Part shown: positions 1 to 16,400 of the stretch, in pieces
Numbering within the stretch: the first letter of the stretch is position 1
Layout: each line of letters starts with the position of its first letter
Origin: the human T2T-CHM13v2.0 reference genome, Homo sapiens
DNA length: 64,000 nt
Reading direction: 5' to 3' (one strand)
Assembly: GCF_009914755.1 (NCBI RefSeq)
Contig: NC_060925.1
Made by a program: the position numbers and the translations under genes
The notes under the pieces: model-generated
Seen by the model: only the letters and a program-made list of their open reading frames with translations
Databases searched by the model: none
What the model was told of the DNA's origin: nothing

Positions 1-421
1 GCCTTCTTTAATTTGGCTTTCATCATTTGGACCAGAAAATTGGAAGTAGGGGAATGAGAAATAGACTGTGAATCAGGAATATATATTAGATTCATTAATC
101 ATTGCATGAGAGATTTCAGAGTGAATCTTTCCTTTAGCACCTCAGACTGAGAGAGCATCATATTTACTAAGAGAACGGGTTTATCTCCTTTATCAGGAGT
201 ATTTAGTTACAGAGAATGGAGTCCAGCAGAAAAAGTACCAATTGTATCTTCCAAGTGGTCAGGAACTTCCAAATCCGTTGTACTTAAATGATTGTTTATT
301 CACCTTTTCCCAGCTACTGAATGTCATCACTATGCTGTAGCATCACTTCTAAGGAGTTCTTACTCCCATGTTTAATATGTTGCAAAGGGATGAAAATAAA
401 TACAGTAGGAAAAGTGATAAT

Positions 422-454
<33 letters not shown>
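422..454 (+). repeat. (TG)n microsatellite
   Basis: Direct TG run; explains the THTHTH ORF at 314..529. Confidence 0.95.
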
Positions 455-649
455 ATCTAGTGTATGACTATAATTTATGGGGTAATATTCAAAATGTTTA
501 ACAACCAATATGATATACACACCCCCCATATATTACAACCAACTAGAATATGTAGTGGCCAGAAAAAATTACTCAGCTAAACATCAGATCTCCCTGTGAA
601 AGTGTGAAAAACCGTTCCAAATGCCAGCTGGTTGTGTGGTGGTTACGAT

Positions 650-1677
650 AGTAGATTCTGCTAGAAATACACAAGCTACTAAAACTGACTCAAAAACAAG
701 AAAACAAAAACAACCAAAAAACCTAAACAATCTGAATATATGTATAAAACAAGTGAAGAGATTGAATTAGTAAATCAAAAATAATACAAAGAAAAGCCTA
801 GGATCAGATGACTTCATCACTGAATCCCACCAAAAAAGTTAATACCAATTCTTTACAAACTCTTTCAAAAATAGAATAAATATTTCCCATTTTATTTTCT
901 GAGGCCGGTATTACCATGATACAAAAACCAAAATACATCACAAGAAAGAAAATTACAGGCCAATATCTCTCATTGATATGGATGAAAAATGTGAAAGACT
1001 GGATAATTCTCCCCTAATATCAGAAATAATACAGGAATGTCTGCTTTTACCACTTCCATTAATATTTAACCTTAGAGTGGAGATTCTAGCCATGACAGTT
1101 AAGCAAAAGAAAAAAATAAAAGGCAACTAGATTGGAAAGAAGTAAAACTATTTCTATTCATAGATAACATCATCTTATATAAAGAAATTCCTAAGGAATT
1201 CACTAAACAATTATTAGAACTAATGAAAGAGTTCAGCAAGGTTGCAGGACACAAGAACAATACACAAATCTATTGTGCTTCTATATACTTGCAATGAACA
1301 ATCTAAAAGTAAAATTAAGAAAATAATACAATTTATAATATTATTATGAAGAATAACATATTAGGAATAAATTAAACATAGAAGCATAAAATTGTTATTC
1401 TGATGACTAAAAAAACTTGAAAGAAGTTAAAAAAATCAAAATAAATGAAAAATTTTCATGTTCATGGATTTAAAGACTTAACAATGTTAACATATCAACA
1501 CTAACCAAACTTTTCTATAGCTTCAACATCCTGTCTGTCAGAATCCCAGCTGACTTCTTTGTAGAAATTGACAAAATGATTATAAAATTCATATGGAATT
1601 GGAAGGAACCCAGAATAGCCAAAACAGCCTTGAAACACAAACATAAAGCAGAAAGACTCACAGCTTCTTGATTTTCT
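650..1677 (+). mobile_element. Old L1 (L1MB-like) ORF2 fragment, left part
   Basis: Degenerate ORF2 RT-region motifs (AAGCCTAGGATCAGATG, TTCAGCAAGGTTGCAGGACACAAG, GAACCCAGAATAGCCAAAAC); the sequence resumes at ~9130. Confidence 0.85.
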
Positions 1678-2177
1678 GAAAATTTTATTTATTTTATTAA
1701 CACAAAATTACATATATTAGAGGCACAAATGCTAATTCAACACATTCAAATAATTTGTAAAAATCAAATTAGTAAAATTGGGATATTAGTCACCTTAAAT
1801 ATTTGTCTATTTTTTAGGCTGGAAACATCCTCTTTATTCTCTTCTAGCTGTTTTAAAATATATAATATATTACTATAAACTATATTCACCCTACTGATCT
1901 ATAAATCATTGGGTCTTATTCTTCTATCACAATGTGTATTTGTACCCATTAACCAACCTCTCTTTCTCCCCTCTTTTCCCTTGCCTACCTGGCTTCTAAT
2001 AACCACCAATGTACTCTCCACCTTCATGAGATCCACTTTTTTAGCTCCCACATATGAATAAAAACATGCAATATTTGTTTTTCCGTGCTTGACTTCTTTC
2101 ACTTAGCTCAATGACCTCCAGTTCCAACCATGTTGCTACAAATGGCAGGATTTCAATTTTTTATGGCTGAATAGTAT

Positions 2178-2181
<4 letters not shown>

Positions 2182-2219
<38 letters not shown>
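2182..2219 (+). repeat. (TG)n microsatellite inside the L1MA
   Basis: Pure TG run. Confidence 0.95.
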
Positions 2220-2222
<3 letters not shown>

Positions 2223-3172
2223 TTTCTTTATCTATTTATCCACTGATGGGCACCTGAGTTGATTGCAGATTTTAGCTATTGTGAACAGTGCTGAAATAAA
2301 CATAAGAATGCAGCTATCTCTTTGATATATTGATATTCTTTCTTTTAGCTATGTGCCCAGTAGTGGATGTTGATGGATCTTGATGGATCACACGGTAGTA
2401 TTATTTTTCATTTTTTGAGGAACCTTGATATTGTCTTCCATAGTGTCTGTACTAATTTATATTCCTAATAGTAGTGTATGAGGGTGCCCCTTTCTCCACA
2501 TCCTTGCCAACATCTGTATTTCTTGTCCTTTTTAAAATAAAAGCCACTTTAACTGGGGTGAAATGATATCTCATTGTGGTTTTGATTTGCATTCCCCTTA
2601 TGATTAGTGACATTAAACATTTCTCATATACTTTTTGGCCATTTGTATGTCTTCTTTTGAGAAATGTCTGTTTAGATATTTTGCTCATTTATTAGTCAAA
2701 ATATCTGTTTTCTTTTTTTTAATTATTGAGTTGTTTGAGTTCCTTATTTATTCTGGTTATTAATCTTTTGCCAGATGGATAGTTTGCAAATATTTCCAAT
2801 TCTGTCTCTTCATTTTGTTGATTTACTTTGCTTAGCAGTTTTTTTTTTTTTTTTTTTTTTTTTTTAGCTTGATGTAATCCCATTTGTCTGTTTTTGCTTT
2901 GGTTGTCTGTGCTTTTGAGGTCTTACACACACAAAATCTTTGCACAAATCAGTGTTTTAGAGCACTTTTCCAATGGTTTCTTCTAGGAGTTTTATAGTTT
3001 CAGGTCTTATATTAAAATCTTGAATCCAGTTCAGTTTGATTTTGCATATGGTGAGAGATAGAGATCTAGCTTCATTCTTCTACATATGGCTAGTTTTTCC
3101 AACACAATTTATTGAAGGGACTGTTCTTTTCACATTCTATGTTCTTGGCACCATTCAAAAATGAGTTGGCTT

Positions 3173-3509
<337 letters not shown>

Positions 3510-4965
3510 CTATTCTGTTCCACTAGCCTATGTATCTGTTTTTATGCCATTACCATGCTGATTTGGTAACTACAGCCTTGTGATATATTTTGAAGTCATG
3601 TAGCGTGATTCCCAACTTCGTTCTTTCTGCTCAGGATTGCTTTGGCTATCTGAGTTCTTTTGTGATTCCATATAAATTTTAGGGTTGTGTTCTCTATTTT
3701 TCTGAAAAACGTCATTGGTATTTTGATAGGGATTACATTAGCTATAAATTGCTTTGGGTAGTATTGTTATTTTAAGAATATTAATTCTTCCAATTCATGC
3801 ACATGAAATATCTTTTCATTTTCTTGTGCCCTCTTCAATTTCTCTCATCAGTGTTTTATAGTTTTCCTTGAATAGATATTTCACTTCTTTGATTAAATCA
3901 ATTCCTAGATATGTTATATTCTGTGTAGCTGTTATAAATGGGATTGCTTTCTTGATTTCTTTTTCAGACTATTCACTGTTTGCATATATAAATGCTACTG
4001 ATTTTTGTGTGTTGAATTTGTATCTTGAAACACTATTGAATTCATTTATCAGTTCTAACAGTTTTTTGGGTGAAGCCTTTAGTTTTTCTAGGTATAAAAT
4101 CATGTCTGAAAACAAGACAAATTTTACTACTTCCCTTCCAATTTTGATGCCCTTTTTAACTTTCTCTTGCCTAATTACTGGCCATAACTTCCAGTAAGTA
4201 TTATGTTGAATAAATGTGGTGAAAGTGGACATCCTTGTTTTGTTCTAGATCTTAGAGGAAAGGCTTTCCATTTTTTACTTATTTAATACAATGTTAGCTG
4301 TGGGTTTGTCACATATGGTCTTTATTATTTTGAGGCATGTTCCTTCTATACCCAATTTGTTAATGGTTTTTATTATAAAGGGATATTGAGTTTTATTGAA
4401 TGTTTTTTCAGCATCTATTGAAAAGATCATGTGGTTTTTGTTCTTGGTTCAGTTAATGTGATTTATCACATTTATTGATTTGTGAATGTTGAACGACCCT
4501 TACATCCCTGGGATAAATTCCACTTGATCATGGCGAATGATCTTTTTAATGCATTGTTGGATTCGGTTTGCTAGTATTTTGTTAAGGATTTTTGCATCTG
4601 TGTTTATTGGCCTGTAGTTTTATTTTTGTTGTTGTGTCCTTGTTTGGTTTTGTTATCAAGGTAATGCTGACCTCATAGATTTATTTTGAAAGTATTATCT
4701 CCTCTGCAGTTTTTTTGAAGCGTTTTAGTAGAGTTGGTATTAGTTCTTCTTCAAATGTTTGGTAGAATTTTGTAGTGAAGCCATCAGGTCCTAGGCTTTT
4801 CTTTGATGGGAGACTTCTTATTACCGATTAGATCTCACTGCTCATTATTGGTCTGTTCAGATTTTTTATTTGTTTATGGTTCAATTTTGATAGGTTGTAG
4901 ATGTCTAGAAATTTATACTTCTTTTTCTAGATTTTCCAAATTTGTTGGTATATAGTTGTTCATAA

Positions 4966-5484
<519 letters not shown>

Positions 5485-6767
5485 TGATCTTCATGATTTC
5501 TTTTCTTTTTGGCTTTGGTTTGTTGTTTTTCTAATTTATTGATGTACACTACCAGTTCATTTATTTGAAGTCTTTCTACTGTTTTGATATAGACATTTAT
5601 TGCTATAAACTTCTCTGTTAGTATTGCTTTTGGTGCATCCCATAGATTTTGGTATGCTGTTTTTCCATTGTCATTTGTTTCAAAAAAGTTTTAAATTTTC
5701 TTTTTAATTTCTTCATTGACCCATTGATCACTCAGGAACATATTTAATTTCCATGTGTTTGTGTAGTTTCCAAGCTTCCTCACATTTTCATGATTTCTAG
5801 TTTTATTCCCTTGTGGGAATAACAGCAGAAAAGATGGTTGATATGATTTATTCTCATTTGAATGTGTTAAGATTTGTTTTGTGGCCTATGATATGGTCTA
5901 TATTGGAGAATGTTCCATGTGCTGATTAAAGAATGTATATTCTGTAGCAGATGGGTAAAATGCTCTGTAAATGTCAGTTGGACCAATTTGGTTCAGTGTA
6001 GGTTAATGTTTCTTTGTTGATTTTCTGTCTGGATGATCTGTCTCTTACTGAGAGTGGGGTGTTAAAGTCCCCTATACTATTAATTGTATTGCAGTTCATC
6101 TCTCCCTTTGTATTTATTAATGTTTGCTTTAATACTTGGGAGCTCTGGTGTTGGGTGCACAGATATTTATAATTGTTAAAACCTCTTACTGAATTGACTC
6201 CTTTATCATTATACAGTGATCTTCTTTGTCTCTTTTTACAGTCTTTGATTTGTAGTCTATTTCATCTGATATAAGTATATCTGCTCCTGCTCTTTTTTTT
6301 TGTTTCCATTACATGAAATATCATTTTAAATCTCTTCACTTTCAGATTATGTGAGTCTTTATAGGTGAAGTAGGTTTCTTATAGCCTGCATATAGTTGGG
6401 TCTTGTTTATTTATTGATTCAGCCGCTCTATGCCTTTAATTAGATAATTGAGTAAATTTACATTCAGTGTTATTGTTGATAAATAAGGATTTACTACTGC
6501 CATTTTGTTGTTTGTTTCTTCCTTTATTATCTTGTAACTCTTTCTTTCTTCCCTTCTTACTATCTTCCTTTGTGATTAAGTAATTTTCTCCGGTAGTATG
6601 TTTAACTTTGTTGCTTTTTATTTTTAGTGAACATATTTCACTAAAAATATATATTTTACATTGCAGTTACCACGAGGCTTACAAAAAATCTTCTAGATAT
6701 AACAATTTTAAAGAGATGACAACTTATATCACAAAGAAAACAACAGAAACAAAGAAAAAAAATTTTA

Positions 6768-7081
<314 letters not shown>

Positions 7082-9820
7082 CTACACTTTAACTCTATCC
7101 CTCCTTACATTTTGACTTTATGTTCTCTCAATTTACATATTTTAATATAGCCTATTTTTTTAACAGGTTGCTGTAGGCATTACTACTTTTGTTTTTCATA
7201 GATTTGCTTTTTGGATTTTATGCTAGAGCTATGATTGTATTGCACACCACAATTTTAGTGTTAGAGTTTTCTGGGTTTTTCCTTATACTTAATTTTGCTT
7301 GTTGGTTTTGGGCCTTCACACATATTTTCTTTTTGCATATTAGTGTTTTTTTCTTTCAGATTAAAGAACTCCCTTTATCATTTATTATAAGCTGGATTTG
7401 GTGGTGGTGGATTCTTTGAGCTTTTGTTTGTCTGGAAAAGACTTTATCTCTCCTTTATATCTGAAAGATATTTTTGCTGAATGTAGTATTCTTGAATAGC
7501 TTTATACACTTCAAAAATGTTATTCACTCCCTTCTGGCATGTATGGTTTTCACTGAGAAGTCTGTTGCCAGCTCCTTTATACGTTATGTGCTTCTTTCCT
7601 CTGACTGCTTTTAGGATCCTCTCTTTGTCCTTGACCTGTGAGAGTTTGATTGTTTTATGTTTTAGTGGTAGTCTTACTTGCATCAAATCTGGTTGGTGTT
7701 CTCTGACCTTCCTGTGCCTGGTTATAGCTTAAGTTTTGGAAAGTTTTCTGTTATTATTTATTTCAATGAACTTTCTATGTCTTAATCTTACTCAACTTCC
7801 TCTTGAACACAAATGATTCTTAGATTTGGTCTTTTGAGGTAATTTTCTGTATCTCATAGATGATCTTCATTTCTATGCATTCACTATTTTTTTCCTCTTC
7901 TGACTGTGTATCTTCAAATAGACTATCTTTAATCTTACCAGTTATTTCCTGTTTTATCCATTCTGCTGTTGAGAACCTTTAATGAGTTTTTCAGTTCTGC
8001 AAATGTATTTCTCAGGTCCAAGATTTCTATTTGATTCATTATTTCAATATCTTTGTTAAATTTCTCTAATAAACCTCTAAATTGCTTTGATATGTTATCT
8101 TATAGATCATAGTTTCCTTAAAACTGCAATTTTGATTTTTTGTGTAGAGAGTTCACATATCAACATCTCTTTAGGGTCAGTGACTGGTTTCTTGCTTTGT
8201 CTGTTGGAGAAGGTTATGATTCCCTGTATTCTGTTTCTTCTGGAGGTATATCTATGTCTTTGCATTGAAGGATTAGTTATTTATTCCAGTCTTTTCTGTC
8301 TTGTTTGTTTGTTTCTTTTTTTTGGATGTGTTTGTTTAAATGTTTTTGTAATTTACCTGTTGATTTTCTTTCTTCTCCCCCTCACCCAATGGGTTGCTGC
8401 CTTTTTTTTTTTTTTTTTTTTTTTGGCACCAGATGATGCCTCTAGCCCAGGTTTGTCTTGGTTCTAGTAAACAATCAGAATGCTTCTTATTCTGAGTAAG
8501 GGAGGTCCCAAATAGGATATCTTAGAGTATAGGAAGTCTGACTGGGAATTTGTGCCCAGGAGACCTGTAGAACAAACCTCTTACAGTACAGTGCTGCTGA
8601 GAAGCCGCTCTGATTCATGTCTCCTATGACCAAGTTTCAGAGCAGAGTTTCCAGTGCTGGAGATGATGGTCTCACCTCCTTCGTTTGTCTCTGGCTGTCC
8701 TTAAGAATATTTCTCCCTCTAGGCATCTCTGAGCTTCCCATAGGTTGAGGCAGAAACCAATCTTTCACCAGTGAACTCAAGATTGTAGGACAGCTGTTTG
8801 TCTACCTTGCTCGCCTTTTCCAATGTAGAAACTGTGAGTTGGAGAAGGAGGATTTTCAGCACACTTAATGCTGGATAGATTGGGAGGAAATAGTTTCATG
8901 GGTGTGGAAGTCTAATTCTCTTACCATCAGCTTGGATTTTTGTGGGATTTTTTTGTTTGTTTGTTTGTTTCATTTCTCTGTGGCCCTGAGAACTGTCTTA
9001 TCTTCATGTTTTATTTCTGTGATATTGATGGAGACAATTTTGGCATTGTATATATTTATTTTTGATTTTCTGTTGGAAGAGTAAAGCCAGCTTGCTTCTA
9101 TGCCATCATTTTGCAACCAGAAGTTACCATGCCTTCCTATTTGTAAAATGATTACAAAGCAACTATAATCAAGACACTCTACCACTGGAGAAAGAATAGG
9201 CATATAAATTAATGGAAATTAATGGGATAGAATAGAGATTCAAGAAATAAAGCCATTTACCTATAATCAGCTTATTTTAGTCAAGGATTCTAAACCATCC
9301 AATGAAGAAATAATAGTTCTTTTTTACAAAAAGTGCTGGGATAACTGCATAGCCACATGCAAACAGTGCTTACCTCACGCCACATATAGAAATGTATACA
9401 AAATTGATCAAAGACCTAAGTGTAAAAGTGAAAACTTTAAAACTCTTAGTAGAAAACAAAGAGGTAAACCTTCATGACCTTGGGTTTTGCAAAGGATTCT
9501 TAGGTATGACACTAAAAGCTTATGCAATGACAATAACAATAACAACAAAAAAATAGGAAATCAGACTTCACCAAAGTGGAAAACTTTTCTACTTCAAAGG
9601 ACACCACAAAAAAGTGAAAAGACAACCAGAGAAATGAGATAAAATATTGGCACATCATGTATCTTGTATGTGACTTGTATCCAAAATATGTAAAGAATTC
9701 TTACTACTCAATAATAAAAAGACAACCAAATCAAACATGGGTAAATCAGATGAATAAATGTTTCTTCAAGAAGCTCAACAACATTAATCATCAGGAAAAT
9801 ACAAATTAAAACCACAATGA

Positions 9821-10383
<563 letters not shown>

Positions 10384-11061
10384 ACCACAACGAGATACCA
10401 TTTCACACCCAGTAGGTGACTAGAATAAAAGGTGTTGGCAAGAATGTGGAGAAATTTGAATGCTTACACTCTACTGGTGAGAATGTAAAGTAGTACAGCT
10501 TCTTTGAAAAACAAGCTGACAGTTCCTCAAATGATTAAACATAGAGTTATCATATAACCCAGTAATTCTACACCTAGGCATATACCCACCAAAGGACATA
10601 GTCTACACAGAAACTTGTAAATGAGTATTTCATAAAAGCGTTATTCATCTTAAACCAAAAGGTGGAAACACCTATCAACTGATAAATAAACAAAATGTGA
10701 TATATCCACATACTGAAATATTATTTAGCCATAAAAAGAAATGAAGTAATGATACATGCTGCAACTTGGACAAATCTTGAAAACATCATGCTAAATAAAA
10801 GAGCAAAGTCACAAAAGACTATCTATTATATAATTCCATTAACATGAAATGTTTAGAACCAGGACATTTATAGAGACATAAAGTAGATTAATAGTTGCCT
10901 AGGGCTGGGGGTGAGGGTGGGAGTCAGCTGAGGGGTGAAGGGTTTGTATGATAGGTAAAGCATGCTAGAATTTTGGGAGAGATGATGAAAATATTCTAAA
11001 ATTTACTGTGGTGATATTTGCATATATCTATGAATATACTTCAAAAATCTAATTTTAAAAA

Positions 11062-13207
11062 TCCAATCCCAAACATCACAATCCTTAATGTTGTAATTCC
11101 AGAAGATCAAAGTCCTGAAAATATAATTCTGGAAAAATTATTTCAAAATTTCTTAAAATATATTTATTTATATTTTTAAAATGGAAATTTATTTGAGAAA
11201 CTTATAAAAACATGACAGAACACTTCATAGGGCACTCTAATCAATGAAATGGGCAACTATAACATACATATTTTTGCAAACACATACTCTCATGTATACT
11301 AATGCAGTCACATGGGTAAAACAGTTATGAGCAGACAAATAGTACTAATAAAGAAATAGTTTATATAACTACCATCATCTGAAATACCATGACCAACAAC
11401 CTAAGCCATTTGATGAGACTGATCAAAAACCATAATTGGTCGCCACCACATATGCAGTCACCCAAAGAGCCAACATCTTGAGAAGTCTCATCCTTCACAA
11501 ATGCAGATGTCCAAAAAGGACATCTCTTCATTTATTGAGGACATTTCAACATTTCTACACATATGCACAATGCTTACACACAAAGCCGGTGTGACAACAC
11601 ACCTTTGTGAAGTCAAATTTGCAAAAAGTGCATAAACAATTAGATCTCTAAAAGTCTTTACATAATTAATACTGCCAATATTAAAAATGATATGAAGATA
11701 AAATAAATAACATAGCAAATTGTAAAAAATTAATACTGACAATTTAAATAGGGGGGAAACAATTTTAAAAGGAAAAAAAAAACAACGACCAAAAACCTAA
11801 AAAGAAAACTTGATATATGAAAAAGTGTAAATCTGCTTTTTGTGGCAGTGTAGGGGAGGCATGGTTCTCCATGGAGAATATATTCACATTCATTTTCTAC
11901 GTGATGGTGCTCTTTTTGCAATTCTTCTCTGAGTCAATATTCATGGATGTGAGCATTCCCTGTTACATTTTCTCATCTTCTGTGCTATGCTTCCATGTTG
12001 TTTTGAGCACACAGAAATCCATTCTACATGCATTCATATACTGACAACAAATTTGGCAGGAACAACACTGATGATTGAAAAGCAACACCACTATGTGTCT
12101 TTTTATCCTCCTGTGCACATAATTATTTTTGAACCACTTACTGGCTTCTCCGGGCAAATGCAGCTTTAATTTATTAAAAACTCCTGGAATGTCATCAGTT
12201 AGAAGGAATGCCAATGCAGGCAGATGACACATTTTTAAGCTGAAGTTTTCATTGTGGCCTTATCACGTGGCCAATCCACTCATCTAAATTTTCTGCCAGA
12301 TGCATTGAGCTGAATAAGGAAAAAACTTTATTGATAACACCTTGAAATTCACTTTTAGGAGCCTTGATCACACTGAATTCCAAGTCTATGATTATGGTTT
12401 GGTGAGTCAATTAAAATCTATTTGCTGCTGAAAAGTTCACCAAAATTTCAAATAACCATTTATAAAGTGCTTCACTTTTTTTTCAGTCATTAATATACAA
12501 ATGAGTGAATAAGTTGGATCCAAAAGTTGTATGAATTGTACATATTTCATTAAAAAACTGCAGGGACAATTTGAAAGTGCCATCCATTAGCCAAAGCAAA
12601 CATGCACTAGTTTTTCTGTTAGATTTAGTGGTAAATAAAATAAGTCTATTTTCTTTGACAGTCAAATCTCTAATTAAGAATAGTTCACCATTTAATGTGT
12701 TTTGTACTACTGAAGAAACGTCAGTATCAGCAAATGTCTTTGGTTCCGAAAGTCATTGAATTTGTAGAATTATTTTTATTCTCTGACAAAGGGTGGTTTT
12801 TGAAGCCAAGCATGGTGCTATGTGAGAAGGAGCAGAAGTAGTACATGATTAAATAATTTGGCAAGAGTAGGAGAGAGTTCTTGTATTTTTTGCCTGAGTT
12901 TTCACTTCTGTGATTTTTTGAAACACTGGCTGCCCTTGTATTTGGAGAGTGATTGTGGTCTACAAATTTTGTAAAGATGTGCTGTCCATTTGAAACTCTG
13001 GTTATTGCTTGACCATTGCAATTAAGCAATTTTCTGCTTTCACATCATCAATAATAATTAGCTTTTAAACTTTTATCTTTCATTATTAGTAGCTTCATAC
13101 ACTTATCACAGCCTTTTTGTGAAAGAACAATTTCACAGATCTCTTCCCATTGTGTTGTAGAGAATAGAGTGAGAAGGAATGATATTTGGCTTCCCCAATG
13201 CTAAATC
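11062..13207 (-). mobile_element. Ricksha-type MULE/MuDR DNA transposon fossil
   Basis: AATCCC-type subterminal repeats at ~11062-11130; decayed FLYWCH + MULE transposase. Confidence 0.85.
11790..13150 (-). pseudogene. Disrupted FLYWCH-MULE transposase
   Basis: SQKG..YY**CESRKLLNCNGQAIT..HNH (FLYWCH); LWLMDGTF; QTIIIDLE; SAQCIW; LPALAFL; QNNMEA*HRR; multiple stops and frameshifts. Confidence 0.85.
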
Positions 13208-13470
13208 TGTGTTAGTTAGGGTTCTCCAGAGAGACAGACCGATAAGATGTGTATATAAATATATCAGGTGAGATTTATTAGGGGAATTGGCTCACATGAT
13301 TATGGTGGCTGAGAAGTCCTACAACAGCCTGTCTGTAAGCTGGAGACCCTGAGATGCCAGTAGTATATAGCTCAATTCAAGTTTGAAAGCCTCAGAACCA
13401 GGGAAGTCGATGGTGTAACCAAGGTCTATGCCTCAGGATCTTGGGGGATGCTGTTCGAAGTCCTGAAGTC
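13208..13470 (-). mobile_element. MLT2B-like (ERVL) LTR fragment
   Basis: TGTGTTAGTTAGGGTTCTCCAGAGAGACAG..GGAATTGGCTCACATGATTATGG; cut off by the next L1. Confidence 0.85.
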
Positions 13471-16400
13471 TTGGTGGGTTGTATATGTCCAGAAATTTAG
13501 CTATTTCTTCTCAAAATTTTTGGCATATGGTTGTTCATAGTAGTCTTTCATAATAATTTGTATTTCTGTGACAACAGTTGAAATGGTCCTTTTTTAATCT
13601 CTAATTTTATTTATTTGGGTCTTTTTTTTCTTAGTCTAGCTAAAACACTACCAATTTTGTTTATTTTTCAAAAACAACTCTTAAATTTGTTGATATTTTG
13701 AAACTTTTTTAGTCTCTAATTCATTTATTTCTGCTCTGGGCTTTATTATTTTATTCCTTCTGCCAAATTGGGGTTTAGTTTAGTTTTGTTTTTCTAGTTT
13801 CTTGGGGTACATGGTTAGGTTATTAGAAATCTTTTTTGATATAAGATTTTATTGTCATACACTTGCTTCTAGAGCCACTTTTGCTGTGTCTCATAGGCTT
13901 TGGTATGATGTGTTTTCATTCTTATTTTCCAAAAAAAATTTCAATTAGAAAATGTATTCATTGACCCATTAGTTATATACAAGACTGTTATTTAATTTCC
14001 ATATATTAGTAAGGTTTTGTTGTTGATTTATCATTTTATACTACTGTGGCTTGAAAATGTAATCTTCATATTCTTAAATTTGTAAAGAATTGTTTTGTGG
14101 CCTCACATACCATCTATTCTGGAGAATATTCCATGTGCAGTTGATAAAAATATGTATTCTTTAGCTGTTAGATGGAATGTTCTGTAAATGTCTCTTACGT
14201 CCATTTGGTCTGCGGTATAGGTTAAGTCTGATGTTCCTTTTTTGATTTTCTGTCTCGATGATTTGTCCATTGCTGAATGTGGATTTTGATGCCCCACACT
14301 ATTACTGTATTAGAGTCTCTCTTTCCCTTTATACCTAATAATATTTCCTTTAAATATTTGGGTGTTAGGCATAAAAATATTTATTATTGTTTTATCCTCT
14401 TGTTATATTGATTCCTCTCTCATTATATAATGACCTTCTTTATCTCTTTTTATAGTTTTTGATTTAAATTATATTTTTATGATACAAGTATGATTACTCT
14501 TGCTGGCTTTTGGTTTTTGTTTGTGTGAAATATTTTCATCTATCCTTTCACTTTTAGTCAGTAAGGGGAGCCTTTTTAGGCAGCATATAGTTGGGTCTTG
14601 TTTTGTTAGTCATTCAACCACTCTATATTTTTTCATTGAGGAATTTCATCATTTACATTTAAGATTGTTATTGATAAGTAAGGACTAACTACTGCCATAT
14701 TGTTAATTGTTTCCTCATTGTTTTGTAGATCCTTATTTCTTTTCTTTCTTTCCATTATTTACTTCTGTGGTTTGGTGGTTTTCTGTGGTTCTAAGCTTTG
14801 TTTCATTTCTCTTTCTCATTGGTTTATCTGCTCTAATTTTTTCTTTGTGGTTACTATGGTTTTACCATAAAGAGACTTGTAGTTAAAACAGACTATTTTC
14901 AGCAGAAAACCACTTAAATTTGACCAAATAAAAATACTCTAGACTTTTCTCCCCACACAGGGTTTGTATTTTGGTTGCCTTAATATCATCTTTTGTGTGC
15001 CTTAGCCACTAATCATAGGTGTTGTTGTTTTTGACCATTTTTATTTTAAACCTTCATACTACAGGATTGAAAGATTTACATAACACTGTTTTGGCACCAA
15101 GATATGGTTACGGATTTTCCTATATTGATGACACTTATACTTTCACATGCTTTCATGACAGCAATTTTCTTCCTTTTGTTTCCAATTGTAGCACTTCTTA
15201 ATCATTTCTTGGAAGGCTGGCCTAGTATTTATAGTACATTTTATTCTTGTCTTATAGTTTTTTTCTTTTAGCACTTTGAATACATTATCCCATTCTATAC
15301 TGGTCTGGAAAATTTCATCTGAAAATTTTGCTAATAGTCTAATGAAGATTTCCTTATATGTGATGAAATATTTCTCTTGCAGCTTTTAGAATTCTTTTTG
15401 TCTTTGACTTTCAACAGTTTGATTATAACATGCCTCAGGGAAGGTTTTTTTTTTTTTTTTTTTTTTTTGGTTGAATTTCACCGGGGACTTTTGAGCTTCT
15501 TGTATCTGAATGTCCATATCTTTCCCTAAACTTGGAGAGTTTTTAGCTATTATTTTGTTAAACAGATTTTCTGTGCCTTTCTTTATTTCTTCTTCCTCTA
15601 TACTCCTATAATGTAAACATTTGTTCACATAATGGCATCCCATAATTCCCATAGACTTTCTTCTCTTCTATTTCTCTGAATGGGTTATTTCAAAAGACTG
15701 TCTTCAAGTTCTGAAATTCATCTGGTCTGCTATAAAAGTTCTCAATTATATTTTTATTTTATTGAATGAATTATTTTACTTGAAGAATTCTGGTTTTTTC
15801 TTCTGATATCTATCTTTTTGTTGAATTTCTCAAATTATAAGTTATTTTCTGGATTTGAATGTTGTTTGTACATATTATCATATAGCTCACTGAGTTTCCT
15901 TAATATCATTACTTTGAATTCCTTTTCAATTATATTGTAAGAATCTTTTTGTTTGGGATCTGTTACCGGACACTCATTGTGTTCCTTTGAGGATGTCATA
16001 TTTCCTTGCCTTTTATGTTTCTTGTGTCCCTGTATTGCTATATTCATTTCTAGTAGGCAGCCATTTTTTTTTAATTTTATGGAATAGTTTTTGAAGGAAA
16101 AAGCTTTTTCCTGTAGATGGGTTCTAGGGTGTCAGTTGGAAATGGTATGTTGACTTTGGTTCTGAGTGTGCTCAGTAGCATGGTCTATGAACAGATTCTT
16201 CAGCTGTAATCCTCATCTGCAATGTGTGCAAATGACTCAGGTACCTAGGCTACAGGGGTTTGTGATGGTGGTGGCATTATTTTTCTGGGGTAAAGAGCAC
16301 TGGGTTGGTTTGAGGGCCAATTGCATGTGGGTGGGGTGGGCCAGCAAGTTGTGTGGCAGGCTGTCTGGGAGGTTGGGGCCACCACCAGACTGGTTGTCAG

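Noticed and set aside
296-400. Terminal exon (acceptor at 313, AATAAA at 395)
   Set aside because: Such motifs are common in AT-rich DNA and there is no supporting ORF or upstream exon in view
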